Assembly (NCBI RefSeq): GCF_963921235.1
Contig: NC_086108.1
Coordinates: forward strand, 67,334,001-67,398,000
Direction: 5' to 3'
DNA length: 64,000 nt
Source: Mobula hypostoma
Taxonomy: Eukaryota
Shown one piece after another: positions 12,894-26,070 of this stretch; position 1 is the first letter of the stretch; every line of letters begins with the position of its first letter. Made by a program: the position numbers and the translations under genes. The notes below the pieces were generated by a model. It was given only the letters and a program-made list of their open reading frames with translations. It made no database searches and was not told the DNA's origin.

Positions 12894-12962
12894 GTTGAGC
12901 CCCCTGGAGACGTCGTGGGCTTATCAACGAAACGTCAAAGAAGGAGGGTGCCCACCTGATGA
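12894..12962 (+). ncRNA. Candidate non-circularly permuted (pseudoknotted) hammerhead ribozyme
   Basis: GUC triplet at 12912-14. Stem III GACGU 12909-13 pairs ACGUC 12932-36. Stem I GUGGGC 12915-20 pairs GCCCAC 12950-55. CUGAUGA at 12956-62 and GAAA at 12929-32. Stem II-like GUUGA 12894-98 pairs UCAAC 12924-28. Confidence 0.65.
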
Positions 12963-13252
12963 CCCCAATGACGCACCTACCCTCCCTCCTTGTCACCACT
13001 CCAAACCCACTGCCAACTTCGAGAGTGCTGGCTTACCATAGGGATTGAAACATCAAGTCCTAGTAGCTCTACTGATCCTCTGGGAGAAAATCAGTGACTG
13101 CTGTGAAAATGCAGCTGGCGACAAGGGAAAGACCGTATGACAGCTGGAGAGACAGCTGACAGGAGGAAATAGACCCCAACGGGGCTGTTATGGGCTAGCT
13201 ACCCATAACAGCAGGTTCCGTCACCTTGTCAGGGCATAAGAGCCACCCTCAT

Positions 13253-16200
13253 TTGGCTACAGAAAGTTTAAAAAGAAGTATACCCCCAGAGTCTGCGAGA
13301 GCAAGAAGACTCTCTGACTGACCTCCCGATAACGAACCTTGGCATGGACACGACAATGAATCAAGAAAATGGCAATACTCTTGAGAAAGCAGCAGCTAGA
13401 TATGTTCTTCAGACTTGTAGGTGTAGCTGGACTAAAGTAACATCAACTCGTGGTCTAAAAATTCATCAAGGACAGAAGAAATGCTTGAAAATCTCCAACC
13501 CAGGGCCCCGCATTGACCAGATTCTGTTAAGAGGATCAATGCAGATGTGAGCCTGATCTTAAGTGGCATCAAGGGATCAGCAGAAAAGAAGTTGGAGAGG
13601 GTGGGTGACTTGATCTACAGCTACGGAAAGGAGAAATTTGGAGTGAAGGAACAAGTCAGCAGGAAAGACATGCCTCCTCCCCCCAAATCCCGTCGTCTCC
13701 AGGAAATCCAACGACTTGCTAAAGAGAGAAGAGGCCTGAGGAAGTTGTGGAAAAAAGCAGCAGCCGAAGAAAGGGACGGCATCAACCTCCTTCAAGTGGA
13801 CCTAAAACAGAGGCTCTCGAAACTGCGCAGAGCAGAGAATCTAAGGAAACGACGCAAAAAGAAGGAAAAAACAAGAACAGACTTCTTCAAAGATCCCTTT
13901 AAATATGTAAAAGGCATTTTCACAAAAGAGAAAAGCGGATACTTGAAAGTATCAAAAGAGGAGGTTAAAAGACATCTCAGAATCATCCATACTGCTAAGC
14001 AAAAAGATGAACCGATATTTGTCCCAGCTGACATCCCACCAATCTCACCCCCACAACATCAATTTAACATCAGCCCTCCCAAGCTGAGCGAGGTGAAAGA
14101 GGCAGTGAAGAAGGCAAGATTGGCATCAGTGCCAAGCCCTAACGGTGTTCCGTATTGTGTCTACAAGAACAACCTAGATGTTCTGAAATTCCTTTGGAAA
14201 AACATGAGGGTTGTGTGGGAAAAGCAAATTATCCCCAAAGTCTGGAGAAGAATGGGGGGAGTTCTGATCCCAAAAGAAAAGAATTCGTCCACCATCGAGC
14301 AGTTTTGCCAAATAAACCTTCTGAATATAGAGGACAAGATCTTTTTGGGCAAAGACTTACAAAGTATCTGAAACAAAATCATTTGATTGATACGTCAATC
14401 CAAAAGGCTGGCATAGCAGGCTTCTCGGGATGCCTTGAACATACCAGCGTCATATGGCATCAAATCCAGATGGCTAAGAAAGAAAGAAGGAATCTGCTTG
14501 TCTTGTTCCTTGACCTGACCAATGCCTATGGATCAGTTCCTCATTCCCTACTGTGGACTGCTTTTGAATTCTTTCAGGTGCCTGCAACAACAACAAATCT
14601 GGTAAAACACTACTTCCAGGATCTGCAAGTTTGTCTCACAAGATCAGACTTCACCACAACGTGGCAACCACTGGAAGTAGGCATCATGGCGGGGTGCACC
14701 ATCTCCCCATTGGCCTTTACTATGGCCATGGAGCTCATTATCAGACCCTCAAAATGGGTTGCAGGAGGAAAAGGGCTGCAGTTTGGTCAATGGTTACCAC
14801 TGATATGAGCCTATATGGACGATATAACAATACTGACGATAACTGTCCCCTGCACCAGGAGACTTCTGGAAAAGCTTCATCAAAACACCACATGGGCGAG
14901 GATGAAGATCAAGTCCAGCAAGTGCAGAACCATCTCCATTGTCAAAGGTCAAGTCACGGATAAAAGATTTTAGATTGACGGGACACCTGTCCCAACTGCT
15001 TCAGAAATGCCAGTGAAGAGCTTGGGCCAATGGTATGATGCTAAGCTCAAGGACACTGAGCAGTTTGAATAACTCAAAAAGGATACCATCATGTACATAG
15101 CTCACATCAACAAGACCTTGCTGCCAGGAAAACTCCAGCTGTGGTGCTTCCAGTTCGGCATACTCCAAGACTCATGTGGCCTTTAACAGTGTATGAAATC
15201 CCCATCAGCAAGGTTGAAAAGCTCAAAAGAATGATCAGCACACATGTAAATCAGTGGCTTGGACTTCCACAATGCTTAAGTCCTGTTGGACTGTACGGGA
15301 ACGGCAAATTGGAATTACCAATTGCAGGTCTCGTGGAAGAATTCAAATGCACCAAAGCAAGGTTGGTCATAACCCTCACTGAATCTGAAGATACCGTTAT
15401 TCGAACAGTGGCCCCCCGTGTGGCAACGGGGAGGAAGTGGACTCCATCTGAAGCTGTTCAGAGTGCTATGTCTGCTCTTCGCTTCAGGGATTTGGTTGGC
15501 CAAGTCCAACATGGGACAGCAGGGCTCAGGCTCGTCCCAAAAGCTCCTCAGTGGCACAAGGCAACATCACTGCAGAAGAGACGGCTCGTGGTGGAGGAGT
15601 TGAGAAGACAGGAGGAGGCAGAGCGAAACGACTGGGCCATCTCAATGGCCAAGCAGGGCCAATGGACTAATTGGGAGAGCCTGGAAAAGAGGAAACTTAG
15701 CTGGCGTGACATCTGGGAGATGGAGGGATCTCGACTAAGTTTTGTCATCAGAGCCACTTATGACCTCCTACCCACACCCCAGAACCTGAACCAGTGGTGG
15801 GGAGAAGACCCTGCTTGCTCTCTTTGTCAAGCACCCAGATCACTAAGGCACATTTTAACAGGATGCACCGTGAACCTCACCCAGAGGCGGTACACTTGGT
15901 GGCATAACCAAGTTCTCAGACAGCTGGCATCAGTCTTGGAACAGAGGTGAATTGTCATAAATGCTCTCCCACAAACATCGGCAGGAAATGTCCACATTAC
16001 ACGATTTGTGCCAGCAGGCCAACCTCCAGAGCACCATATAACATCAAAAGATGTAAGCATTCTGCAGGTTGCTCGGGATTAGAAAATGGACGTGGACTTG
16101 GAAAAAAAGCTTGTGTTTCCCCCAGACATTGCAGCTACATCACTCCGGCCAGACACGGTCCTGTGGTCCACAACAGCCAGGCTGGCATATGTTGTGGAAT

Positions 16201-16487
16201 TGACAGTACCATGAGAAGATGGTGTCGAAGAAGCTTATGAGAGGAAAAAGACCAAGTACTCTGAACTGGCAACTGAAGCTGCCCAGAACGGCTGGAAGAC
16301 CAAGATTTTCCCTGTAGAAGTGGGATGCAGGGGATTCGTTGCTACATCTACAATCAGTCTATTGAAGAAGATGGGGGTGAGGGGTCACTCCCTCCAACAA
16401 GCAATCAAGTCCTTGTCAAATGCAGCAGAAGAAAGCAGCAATTGGATTTGGATTAAAAGGAAAGACAACAACTGGGCTGCAAGATGA
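13253..16487 (+). pseudogene. Hero-type ZF-RT-CCHC-RLE polyprotein, disrupted by stops and frameshifts
   Basis: ORF fragments 13344-13550, 13547-14371, 14155-14808 and 15141-15950, then manual translation to ...WIWIKRKDNNWAAR* (stop 16485-87). Confidence 0.88.
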
Positions 16488-16804
16488 AGACAGGAGGGTA
16501 TGGAACTGAGGGGGGTGTATCTGGGATGCCAGGTAGCACCGTTGACACAAAGCACTGCAGATGCCAGAAAACAGAAAATGAGGGTGGTAGGCAAAAGCAA
16601 GAAATGAACAGCAAATTAGGTGTAGAATGTAGAAACAGAAACAGCTAATATTTCAGATCTGAAACTTTTTGCCAGAACTGGGAAAGAGGGAAAAAGAAGT
16701 TAGTTTTCAGAGGCAGTGAGCAAGGGATGGGTAGAACAAAGGGAATAATTCTGGTGGTGCAAGTCCAAAAGGCTTAATGGAACAGGTATCATCACACTTA
16801 GCTT

Positions 16805-16992
16805 AGAACATAGAATGTAGTAAACTTACAGCACAATACAGGCCCTTCGTCCCACAAAGCTGTGCTGAACATGTCCATACCTTAGAACTACCTAGGCTTA
16901 CCCATAGCCCTTTATTTTTCTAAGCTCCATATACCTTTTCAGGAGTCTCTTAAAAGACCCTGTTGTTTCCGCAAACAATAGGGTCTTTTAAG
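16805..16992 (-). mobile_element. CR1 3'-end fragment ending in a fold-back hairpin
   Basis: Matches the CR1 3' end at 56290-56440; 20-bp inverted repeat at 16949-16992. Confidence 0.8.
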
Positions 16993-17232
16993 CAAAACTA
17001 AGCCAACAGGTAGAAACGACCAGTTCATATACATTGAGAAAGAAATAAAGGACCATTTAAAATAGGACAACTTACCATGGCTCCCGTGCTTTGATCTTGG
17101 AAAACGAATAGAACTGCAGATGCTATTTTCATTGAAGTTATTTTTCATCACTGATTGATTTTCATTTGTTTTTCATTGATCCTATTGTGTTTGGAAGAAT
17201 ATGAATTTCAGGGTTGTATATGGTGGCATAGA

Positions 17233-17302
17233 CAGTACTATGCAAAAGTCTCAGGCACAAATATATATATAGCTTGGGTACCTAAGGCTTTGACACAGCA
17301 TT
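17233..17302. mobile_element. Small Tc1/mariner-type MITE
   Basis: Imperfect TIRs cagtactatgcaaaagtctcaggcac / gtacctaaggctttgacacagcatt around a TA-rich spacer. Confidence 0.6.
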
Positions 17303-17630
17303 ATATTTGTCAACCTGGAGTGGAGAGTGAGTTTGTAAATCCGGTGGAAGCAAAGGGTGTTGGGAACGGCGAGGGTGGAGTGTGGGACATGAGGCACAGA
17401 ATGATTGTCAGGGGCAGGGGGTACAAACATACCCAGGCCTCAGACACCAGGCAAGGTCAACTGATTGTAAACAATTGATCATTACAGAATGTTTCTCTGG
17501 TGCTTTCTGTTCCCTCCCCTCGCCCTTCCCCTTTTATTAACCATAATTCCCTTCCCCCTGCCCCCTTCCCACTCTCAGTCCTCAATAGAGACCCATAACA
17601 GAATCAGGTTTATCATCACTCACTCATATA

Positions 17631-18790
<1,160 letters not shown>

Positions 18791-18800
18791 ACATCATTTT

Positions 18801-19084
18801 CTGACCTCAATCCGATAGAAGATTTGTGGGCAGAACTGAAAAAGCGTGTGCGAGCCAGGATGCCTACAAACGTGACTCAGTTACACCAGTTCTGTCTGGA
18901 GGAATGGAACAAAATTCCAGCAACTTACTGTGAGACACTTGTGGAAGGCTACCCAAAATGTTTGACCCAAGTTAAACAATTTAAAGGCAATGCTACCAAA
19001 TACTAACAAAGTGTATGTAAACTTCTGACGCACTGGGAATGTGATGAAAGAATTAAAAGCTGAAATAAATCATTCTCTCTACTA
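18801..19084 (+). mobile_element. Second copy of the same Tc1 3' end, inverted
   Basis: DLNPIEDLWAELKKRVRAR...FKGNATKY* plus the inner DR; reverse complement of 17782-18065. Confidence 0.9.
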
Positions 19085-19880
19085 CACCCACGCTGAGCTC
19101 CTCAATTTCATCAACTTTACTTTTAACTTACACCCAGCCCTCAAATTCACTTGGTCTATCTCAGACACTTCTCTCCCCTTTCTCGATCTCTCGGTCTCCA
19201 TCTCTGGAGACAGACTGTCCACTGACATTCTTCTACAAGCCCACTGACTCTCATAACTACCTCAACTATACCTCTTCCCATCCCGCCACAAGCCTGTGTA
19301 TTCCTAGGCTGATGGTAGCAGTGAGAAAAGAACATTACGCAGATGGTGGGGATCCTTGATGATAGATGTTGCTGCCTTGAGGCAGCACTTCCTGCAGATG
19401 CTTTCAAAAGTGGGGAGGCCTGTGCCATTGAAGGACCAGGCTATATCGCTTACTTTCTGCAGCGTCTTACATTTCTGTGCTGTGATAGTTCCATACTTGA
19501 CTGTGATGCAACCTGTTCCAGTTTTGTTAAGTAACTTCTTTGTGCTACCATTGATGACCTTCTGAAGTTCCTGATACACCACATCCCCTGCATTAATTCA
19601 GATACCCTAGCAGATCTGTACAGCATAACTTTAAGGTGTTAGGAGGAAAGTATAGCAGGGATGTCAGAGGTATTTTTTTTTTACAGAGAGTTAGGTGCGT
19701 GGAACTCACTGTCGGGGATGCTACATTTACAACATTTAAGAGACTCTTAGATAGGCGCAGTCTGAAATAAAAATGGAGAGTTACATGTAAGGGAAGGAAG
19801 GGTTAGATTTATCTTAGAGTGGGTCAGCCCAATGACATGGGCCAAAGGGCCTGTATTGTGCTGTACTGTTCTATATTCTA
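19085..19880. mobile_element. Cluster of short fragments: PLE RT (+, 19085-19295), Rex1 (-, ~19300-19570), CR1 3' end (+, ~19620-19880)
   Basis: HAELLNFINFTFNLHPALKFTWSISDTSLPFLDLSV matches the PLE at 29008-29223. The other pieces match Rex1 and CR1 copies elsewhere in the window. Confidence 0.7.
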
Positions 19881-22589
19881 TGTTCAGATGGGATCCATGC
19901 AAAGATAAGCAAGAGTTAGTGTATCATATTTCAGAAAGACCCAATGTAGGTCATAAACGTGAAACCTTAAACCTGTTCCTCTCTCTAGAAATGCTCTCTG
20001 ATCTGTGGAGAATTTCCTTCATTTTTTGTTAAGTTTTAAAGCATGAGCAATTGTTTGTCAAATCTAAATCTAAATTTCCATGCCTGGTCAGCATGTGATT
20101 TTTGATTTCCTGGTCTCATGAGAGCTATATTTCTCGGGGCAACATTGTCCTGTGAAAATATAAGTTGATGGGCTTTACTTTTGTAGATTTATCATGCTGT
20201 AGTTACACATACAGCTCACCAGATGGCAGTGTACCTGGTCTTCCAGGATTTCAGCCAAATTCCTAATCTCTGAATACCATCTTCTTTTCCCATGTGATAA
20301 ATTTTAAATATAAGATAAACCATTGTTCAGTTTTGTTTTGCATTGTGATTTTAAGTGCTAATATGTTTGCAATATAGAACTTATAAAAAAATTCTTTCTT
20401 GTTTTTCTGGCAAAAGTAAGAACATTAATTATTTCACTTCTGAAACCAGCCAGTGTCATTGCAATATTTGTAACTCCTAACAAATACTATTAAATTTTTA
20501 ATGTAGTCAAAAGTCATGATTATAACTGAACAGCATTGTCATCCGAATAAAAGGAAATAAACATCACTCCATCAATTCCATGGTAGGGGATCTCATAATT
20601 CCTTTTATATTTGAAAAACAAACTTTCATGTTTTTGTTAATTTTGCAAATTAAATTCTAGCTTTTTCTTTTCGTTAAGAATAGCCCACTATTTATTTTGC
20701 TTAGTTTGAAGTGAGTAAATGAATTAATTGTGAAGCATGATTTTTTACTTCCAGTCTTTAATCAGCGAGAGTAGTCTGATCACTGGCATGATAACCTTGT
20801 TTTTCTGGATGGCACAGAATTCACTGTAGATGACAGGCTAAAATCTAGGTTGGGATTTAACCCGTGGAAATCTGGACTTCTTTCTTCACAACCAGTGATG
20901 AAGCCATCCCTTCATAACCGATTACAAAATCCAGGTAAATGACATAATTCAGCATTAATATTCCTGTATGACAATTTAGGCTCTATAAATGATTCTAACA
21001 GATTAGTATCAGGGACATTTTTACATGATTCTCATTCAATTCTTGTAAGTGTATGGTCATGAATACGAAAATCAATGTTGATTGACTTGCTGGGCCTAAG
21101 GATATACATCTCTCATGTATTGCTGCATGACGTAATCAAATGAATGTTACCCATAACTATGTTCCAAATCTCTTACCATTTATCAGCTTGCTGTCTTGCT
21201 GCAGAATTCAATATACCCTCTGAGGATTAGTTTCAACATTATCTTATAAACATTACACTGTCCCTTAGAGACATCAAGCACAAGTAACACATACCCTTTA
21301 CTACCTGTAAAAGAAAAATTCCACTGTAAAATGCCAGATCATCAGAGCCAATGAACTGGCTAAGAACCAGACTAGGACTTCTAAATGCAAGGTAAATAGA
21401 TCCTCCTAAGAAATGCATTAGGCTTGAAATATTAATCTCAATTTTTATAGGGAGAGTTAATACCTGATTTAGGAAACATATCACTGCTCCAAAATAAATT
21501 CTATAAAAGTATACAGTCTCAGTGATGTGCAGTAGTTCACTGTGTCAATGGGCTGAGAAGAAGTAGTTCTCAATAAAACATTTGAAATGACAAAGAAAGC
21601 TAGACTTTTTTTTGTTTTTGATTTTTGGTGGTTGTATAATGGAAAAATTAACAGTGAAATTCACCCTAAAAATGAAGAATTTGCTTTGCTTCAGCTTGCT
21701 AGGAAATTGGTACATTTAAATGCCATATTTTCAGTAGCCCATGAATTGGTTGAGTTCCAGACAATAGTCAAACCCATATGAATTTGTACAGACTTCTTCC
21801 AACGTTGGCATGGTTTAAGTGTCCATAGCCACATGCTTAAAGTCCAACCGCAAATGCTGTCTTGAAACAGCAGTCTTTCTATCCAAATCAGAATCAGTTG
21901 GAAATAAAAAGGACTTAATTTAGAAGGTGCTTCCATATGTTGGCTAAAAATCTCACCCATGTAGGCAATGCAATTATTTGTGTCAATTGTATATGTATAT
22001 GTATACACACAAGTACACATGGCAATGGGTTGCTGTATTGTGTCTTTTAATAGGCATCATTAAATGCATTCATTTCTGGAGGAAAGAATTTCTTCCTTGA
22101 CGTAGGAAAACTACAATTTGTCTTGGCTTAATGGTGCATAAATGAGTACAAAATGCATAAATTGTTGGAAGTTACACTTCCAAGATTGAATTTGAAAATG
22201 AAGTCCATCAGGTCCATCATTGGGTGACTTGAAACTGTCAGCTTCAAAGCCCAGCTGTAGTGTAGCTGCCCATGCTGATCAATGCTGACAAGAAGCTCGC
22301 TGACAGGAAGCTCAAAGCCAATATAAAGAAGGTAGGGTCAACTGCAGTGGCCATTTTGGAATGACCACTGTGGAGTGGGCTTGCAAAAGAGTGGGGAGCT
22401 GAGACTTTGGCCTCAAGAGGCTTGGAGGTGGCCCAGGTGTTGGGAGAGAGAATATATCCTTAAAAAGGCTTTGATGAAGAGGCACAGGTAACAGTGTTTA
22501 TGGTTTTCTTTTGCTATAGATCCTTAGTACTTGATGTGGAGCAGGATACTGGTTAGAGCAGTGGGATGCTCCTCCTGCAGGACAAAATA

Positions 22590-23865
22590 TACAACATGGA
22601 GCAATGAAGTACAGTACAGGCCCTTTGGCCCATAATGTTCTGCTGGCCTACATAAACATTCTCCATGATTAATCTATCCCTTCCCTCCTACAGAGCCTAC
22701 AATCCTCCATGTGCCATTCTAAGAGTCTCTTAAACGTCCCTATTGTATAAGCCTATAGCACCATTCCTGACAGTGTGTTCTTCATGTGAAAAAAAGACTC
22801 TTTCTGACATGCCCCCTAAGCTTTCCTTCACTCCCTTAAATAGATATCTTCTGGTATTGGCTATTACCACCCTAGAAAAAAGATGCTGGCCATCTACTCC
22901 AATCCTTTAATAATATTATACACCACTATCAAGTTGCCTCTCATCCACCTTCGCCTCTAAGGAAAAAACCCTAGCTCCCTCAACTTTTTCTCATAAGACA
23001 TGCTCTCAGAACCAGGCAGCATCCTGGTACATCTCCTCTGCACCCACTCTAATGTTGCCACGTCCTTTCTATCATGTTATGACCAGAAGTGAACACAATA
23101 CTTCAAGTGTGGTCTAACCAGAGTCTTATGGAGCCGCAACATTACCTCGGAGCGCTTGAATTCAATCCTCCGAGCTACCATACACCATTTTGCCCACCCA
23201 GTCAGCTTTCACTGCAACTTTGAGGGGCCTATGGACTTGGACCACAAGACCCATCTGTTCCTCCTCACAGCTAAGAATCCTGCCATTAACCTTGAACTTC
23301 CAAGTATATCACTTCACACTTTTCCGGTTTGAGCTCCATCTTACACTTCTCTGCGTCCTGTCTACATCCCATTTTGACCTACAGTAACCTTCAGCACTAC
23401 GCACAACATCACCGACCTTCATGTCACCTACAAACTTGCTAACCCACCCCTCCTCTTTCTCATCCAAGTCATTTATAATAATTACAAAGAGCAGGGGCCC
23501 CAGAAAAAATCCCCATGGAGCACCACTGGTCACTGACCTCCAAGCAGAGTATACTCCATCTACTATCAGTCTCAGCCTTCTGTGGGCAAGTCTATTCTGA
23601 ATCCATGCAGCCAAGATTCCTTGGGTCCCAAGTACAATGACCTTTTGGATGAGCCTACCATGGTGAGCCTTGTCAAATGCCTTAATAAAATCCATATATA
23701 CCACATCCACTACTCTACTTTCATCAACTTGTTTTGTCACCTCAAAAGACTCAGTCTCATGATGCACAACCTGCCCCTCACAAAATCATATTGACTATCC
23801 CTAATAAGACAATGCTTCTCCAACTGCTCATAAGTTCTAACTCCTCCATTAGTTACCACACCACT
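22590..23865 (-). mobile_element. CR1 LINE RT/3' fragment
   Basis: VDVVYMDFIKAFDKAHHGRL...LGPLLFVIIINDLD (23309-23767); 3' UTR near 22590-22700. Confidence 0.85.
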
Positions 23866-24924
23866 GACAAATCTATTTGAATTTTTTGAAGAGGTTACTA
23901 GGAAAGTTGACGAGGGTAAAGCGGTGGATGTTGTCTATATGGACTTCAGTAAGGCCTTTGACAAGGTTCCACATGGAAGGTTGGTTAGGAAGGTTCAATC
24001 GTTAGGTATTAATATTGAAGTAGTAAAATGGATTCAGCAGTGGCTGTATGGGAGATGCCAGAGAGCAGTGGTGGGTATCTGTTTGTCAGATTGGAGGCCA
24101 GTGCCTAGTGGTGTGCCTCAGGGATCTGTACTGAGTCCAATGTTATTTGTCATATACATTAATGATCTGGATGATGAGGTGGCAAATTGGATGAGTAAGT
24201 ATGCAGATGAACTAAGATAGGTGGAGTTGTGGATAATGAAGTAGGTTTTCAAAGCTTGCAGAGAGACTTAGGCCAGTTAGAAGAGTGGGCTGAAAGATGG
24301 CAGATGGAGTTTAATGCTGATAACTGTGAGGCACTACATTTTGATAGGACTAATCAAAATAGGATATACATGGTAAATGGTAGGGCATTGAAGAATGCAG
24401 TAGAACAGAGGGATCTAGGAATAATGGTGCATAGTTCCCTGAAGGTGGATAGGGTGGTGAAGAAAGCTTTTGGTATGCTGGTCTTCATAAATCAGAGCAT
24501 TGAGTATAGGAGTTGGAATGTAATGTTGAAATTGTACAAGGCAATGGTGAGGCCAAATTTGGAGTATTGTGTACAGTTTTGGTCACTGAATTATAGGAAG
24601 ATGTCAACAAAATAGAGAGAGTACAGAGAAAATTTACCAGAATGTTACCTGGGTTTCATCACTTAAGTTACAGAGAAAGGTTGAACAAGTTCAAGATCAT
24701 TGTCATTCAACCGTACACATGCATATTGCCAAATGTAACTATGTTCCACCAGACCAAGGTGCACAACACAGTACATACGATTCACGCACATAACACAAAG
24801 TAATATTACCACAAATAATTTAAAACATAATGAGGTGCATATATGATACAAGTTAAAACTTGAATGGTATAATGTTACTGATGCTTCATACTGGGAGCTG
24901 GCAGGGTGTTCAGTAATCTGAATC

Positions 24925-25560
24925 TGTCCACAACTTTTCTCAGGATGAGGCTTTCCATTCCAGAACATCTGAGACGTCCTCCTTCCAGGAATGGGGTTTT
25001 CTGCCTCTGCCATCCATGCTGCCTGCACTTGCATCACATCCATTTCCTGGACACCTTTCTTCATCCCATCACCCTACCGCCATAACAGGGTTAGAATTCC
25101 CCTTGTCCTTGCCTGCCATCCCACGAGCCTTCATATCTGGCATAACACTCTCTGTAACTTCCACCACCTTCAATGGGATCTTACCACTAAATGCATCTGT
25201 CCTTCCTTCTCCCACTCTGCTCTCTGCAGAGATTGTGCTCGATGCAACTCCCTTGTCCACTTGTCCCTCTCCATTTATTACCCTCCTGGCATTTACATGC
25301 AAGTAGGACAACTGCTACGCCTGCCCTTACTCCTTCTCCCTCACCACCATTCAGGGCTCCAAGCAGTCCTTCCAGCTGAAGCAACACTTCACCTGCGGAG
25401 TCTGTGAGGACCCCGGTGTGGCCTCCACCTTTGAGACCTGATATTGATTAGGGGACTGCTTCATTGAACTCCTTTGCTCCATCTTCCACAAAAGGACTTG
25501 TCTAGTGACTTACCTTTTTAATTTTACTTCACATTCCGACACGTCAGTCCATCGCCACCT
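24925..25560 (+). mobile_element. Penelope-like element fragment (RT C-terminus and GIY-YIG region)
   Basis: HNRVRIPLVLACHPTSLHI matches the PLE peptide TRDRVPLALTYHPTSLHIQ at 28502-28822. Confidence 0.75.
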
Positions 25561-25562
25561 CT

Positions 25563-26070
25563 CAAGTCAGGTCAAGTTTATTGTCATTTAACTATAAACA
25601 TGTATACCATCAAATGATACGGTCCTTTAGACCAGGATGTGAAACACAGTAGTACACAAAACACACAATAACTTAGGAAAGTAAGTATAAAATCTAGGCA
25701 TAAAGGAAGTGCATAAATTATATATTGTAAGGTACAGAACAGATTGCAATGCAATCCTTTGAATGGAATCCAGCAGGAAGTTCAGAAATCTAATAGCCTG
25801 AGGGAAGTAATGGTTTTGCATCCTGACCATTCTTGTTTTTATGCATTGGAATCTCCTGTCTGATGGTAGAAAGTCAAAGAAGATGCTGGATGGATGGGTG
25901 GCATCCGATACTAAGGGCCCTGCGTATGCAGTGCTTCTGAGAAATTTCGCCGAAAGATGGGAGAGAGACCCCTATGATGTACTTGGCTGGTCTCACAGTG
26001 CTTTTTAGGGACATCCGGTCCAATGCTTGGCTGCTCCCTAACCAGATGGAGGTGCAGCTTGTCAACTACT
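25563..26070 (-). mobile_element. Rex1/Babar 3' fragment
   Basis: caagtcaggtcaagtttattgtc tail; peptides QNHYFPQAIRFLN and TSCTSIWLGSS. Confidence 0.7.

Larger units (their letters stand above)
12678..16545 (+). mobile_element. Hero-type (RLE-clade) non-LTR retrotransposon, near full length, with partial tandem 3'-end duplication
   Basis: Single decayed ORF: N-terminal zinc finger (CRCSW..TRGLKIHQGQKKC), RT (QKAGIAGFSGCLEH, LDLTNAYGS, GIMAGCTISP, YMDD at 14812), CCHC (CSLC..RHILTGC) and restriction-like endonuclease (RPDTVLW..VELTVP..RKKTKY). 221-bp direct repeats at 12678-12898 and 16325-16545. Confidence 0.9.

Noticed and set aside
12678..16545. Reading the 221-bp direct repeats as true LTRs
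   Set aside because: No TG..CA ends, PBS, PPT or integrase. The repeat is ORF C-terminus plus UTR of an RLE non-LTR element.
21289..21320. Possible 10-nt micro-exon on the minus strand
   Set aside because: Not frame-preserving and expected by chance in AT-rich DNA.
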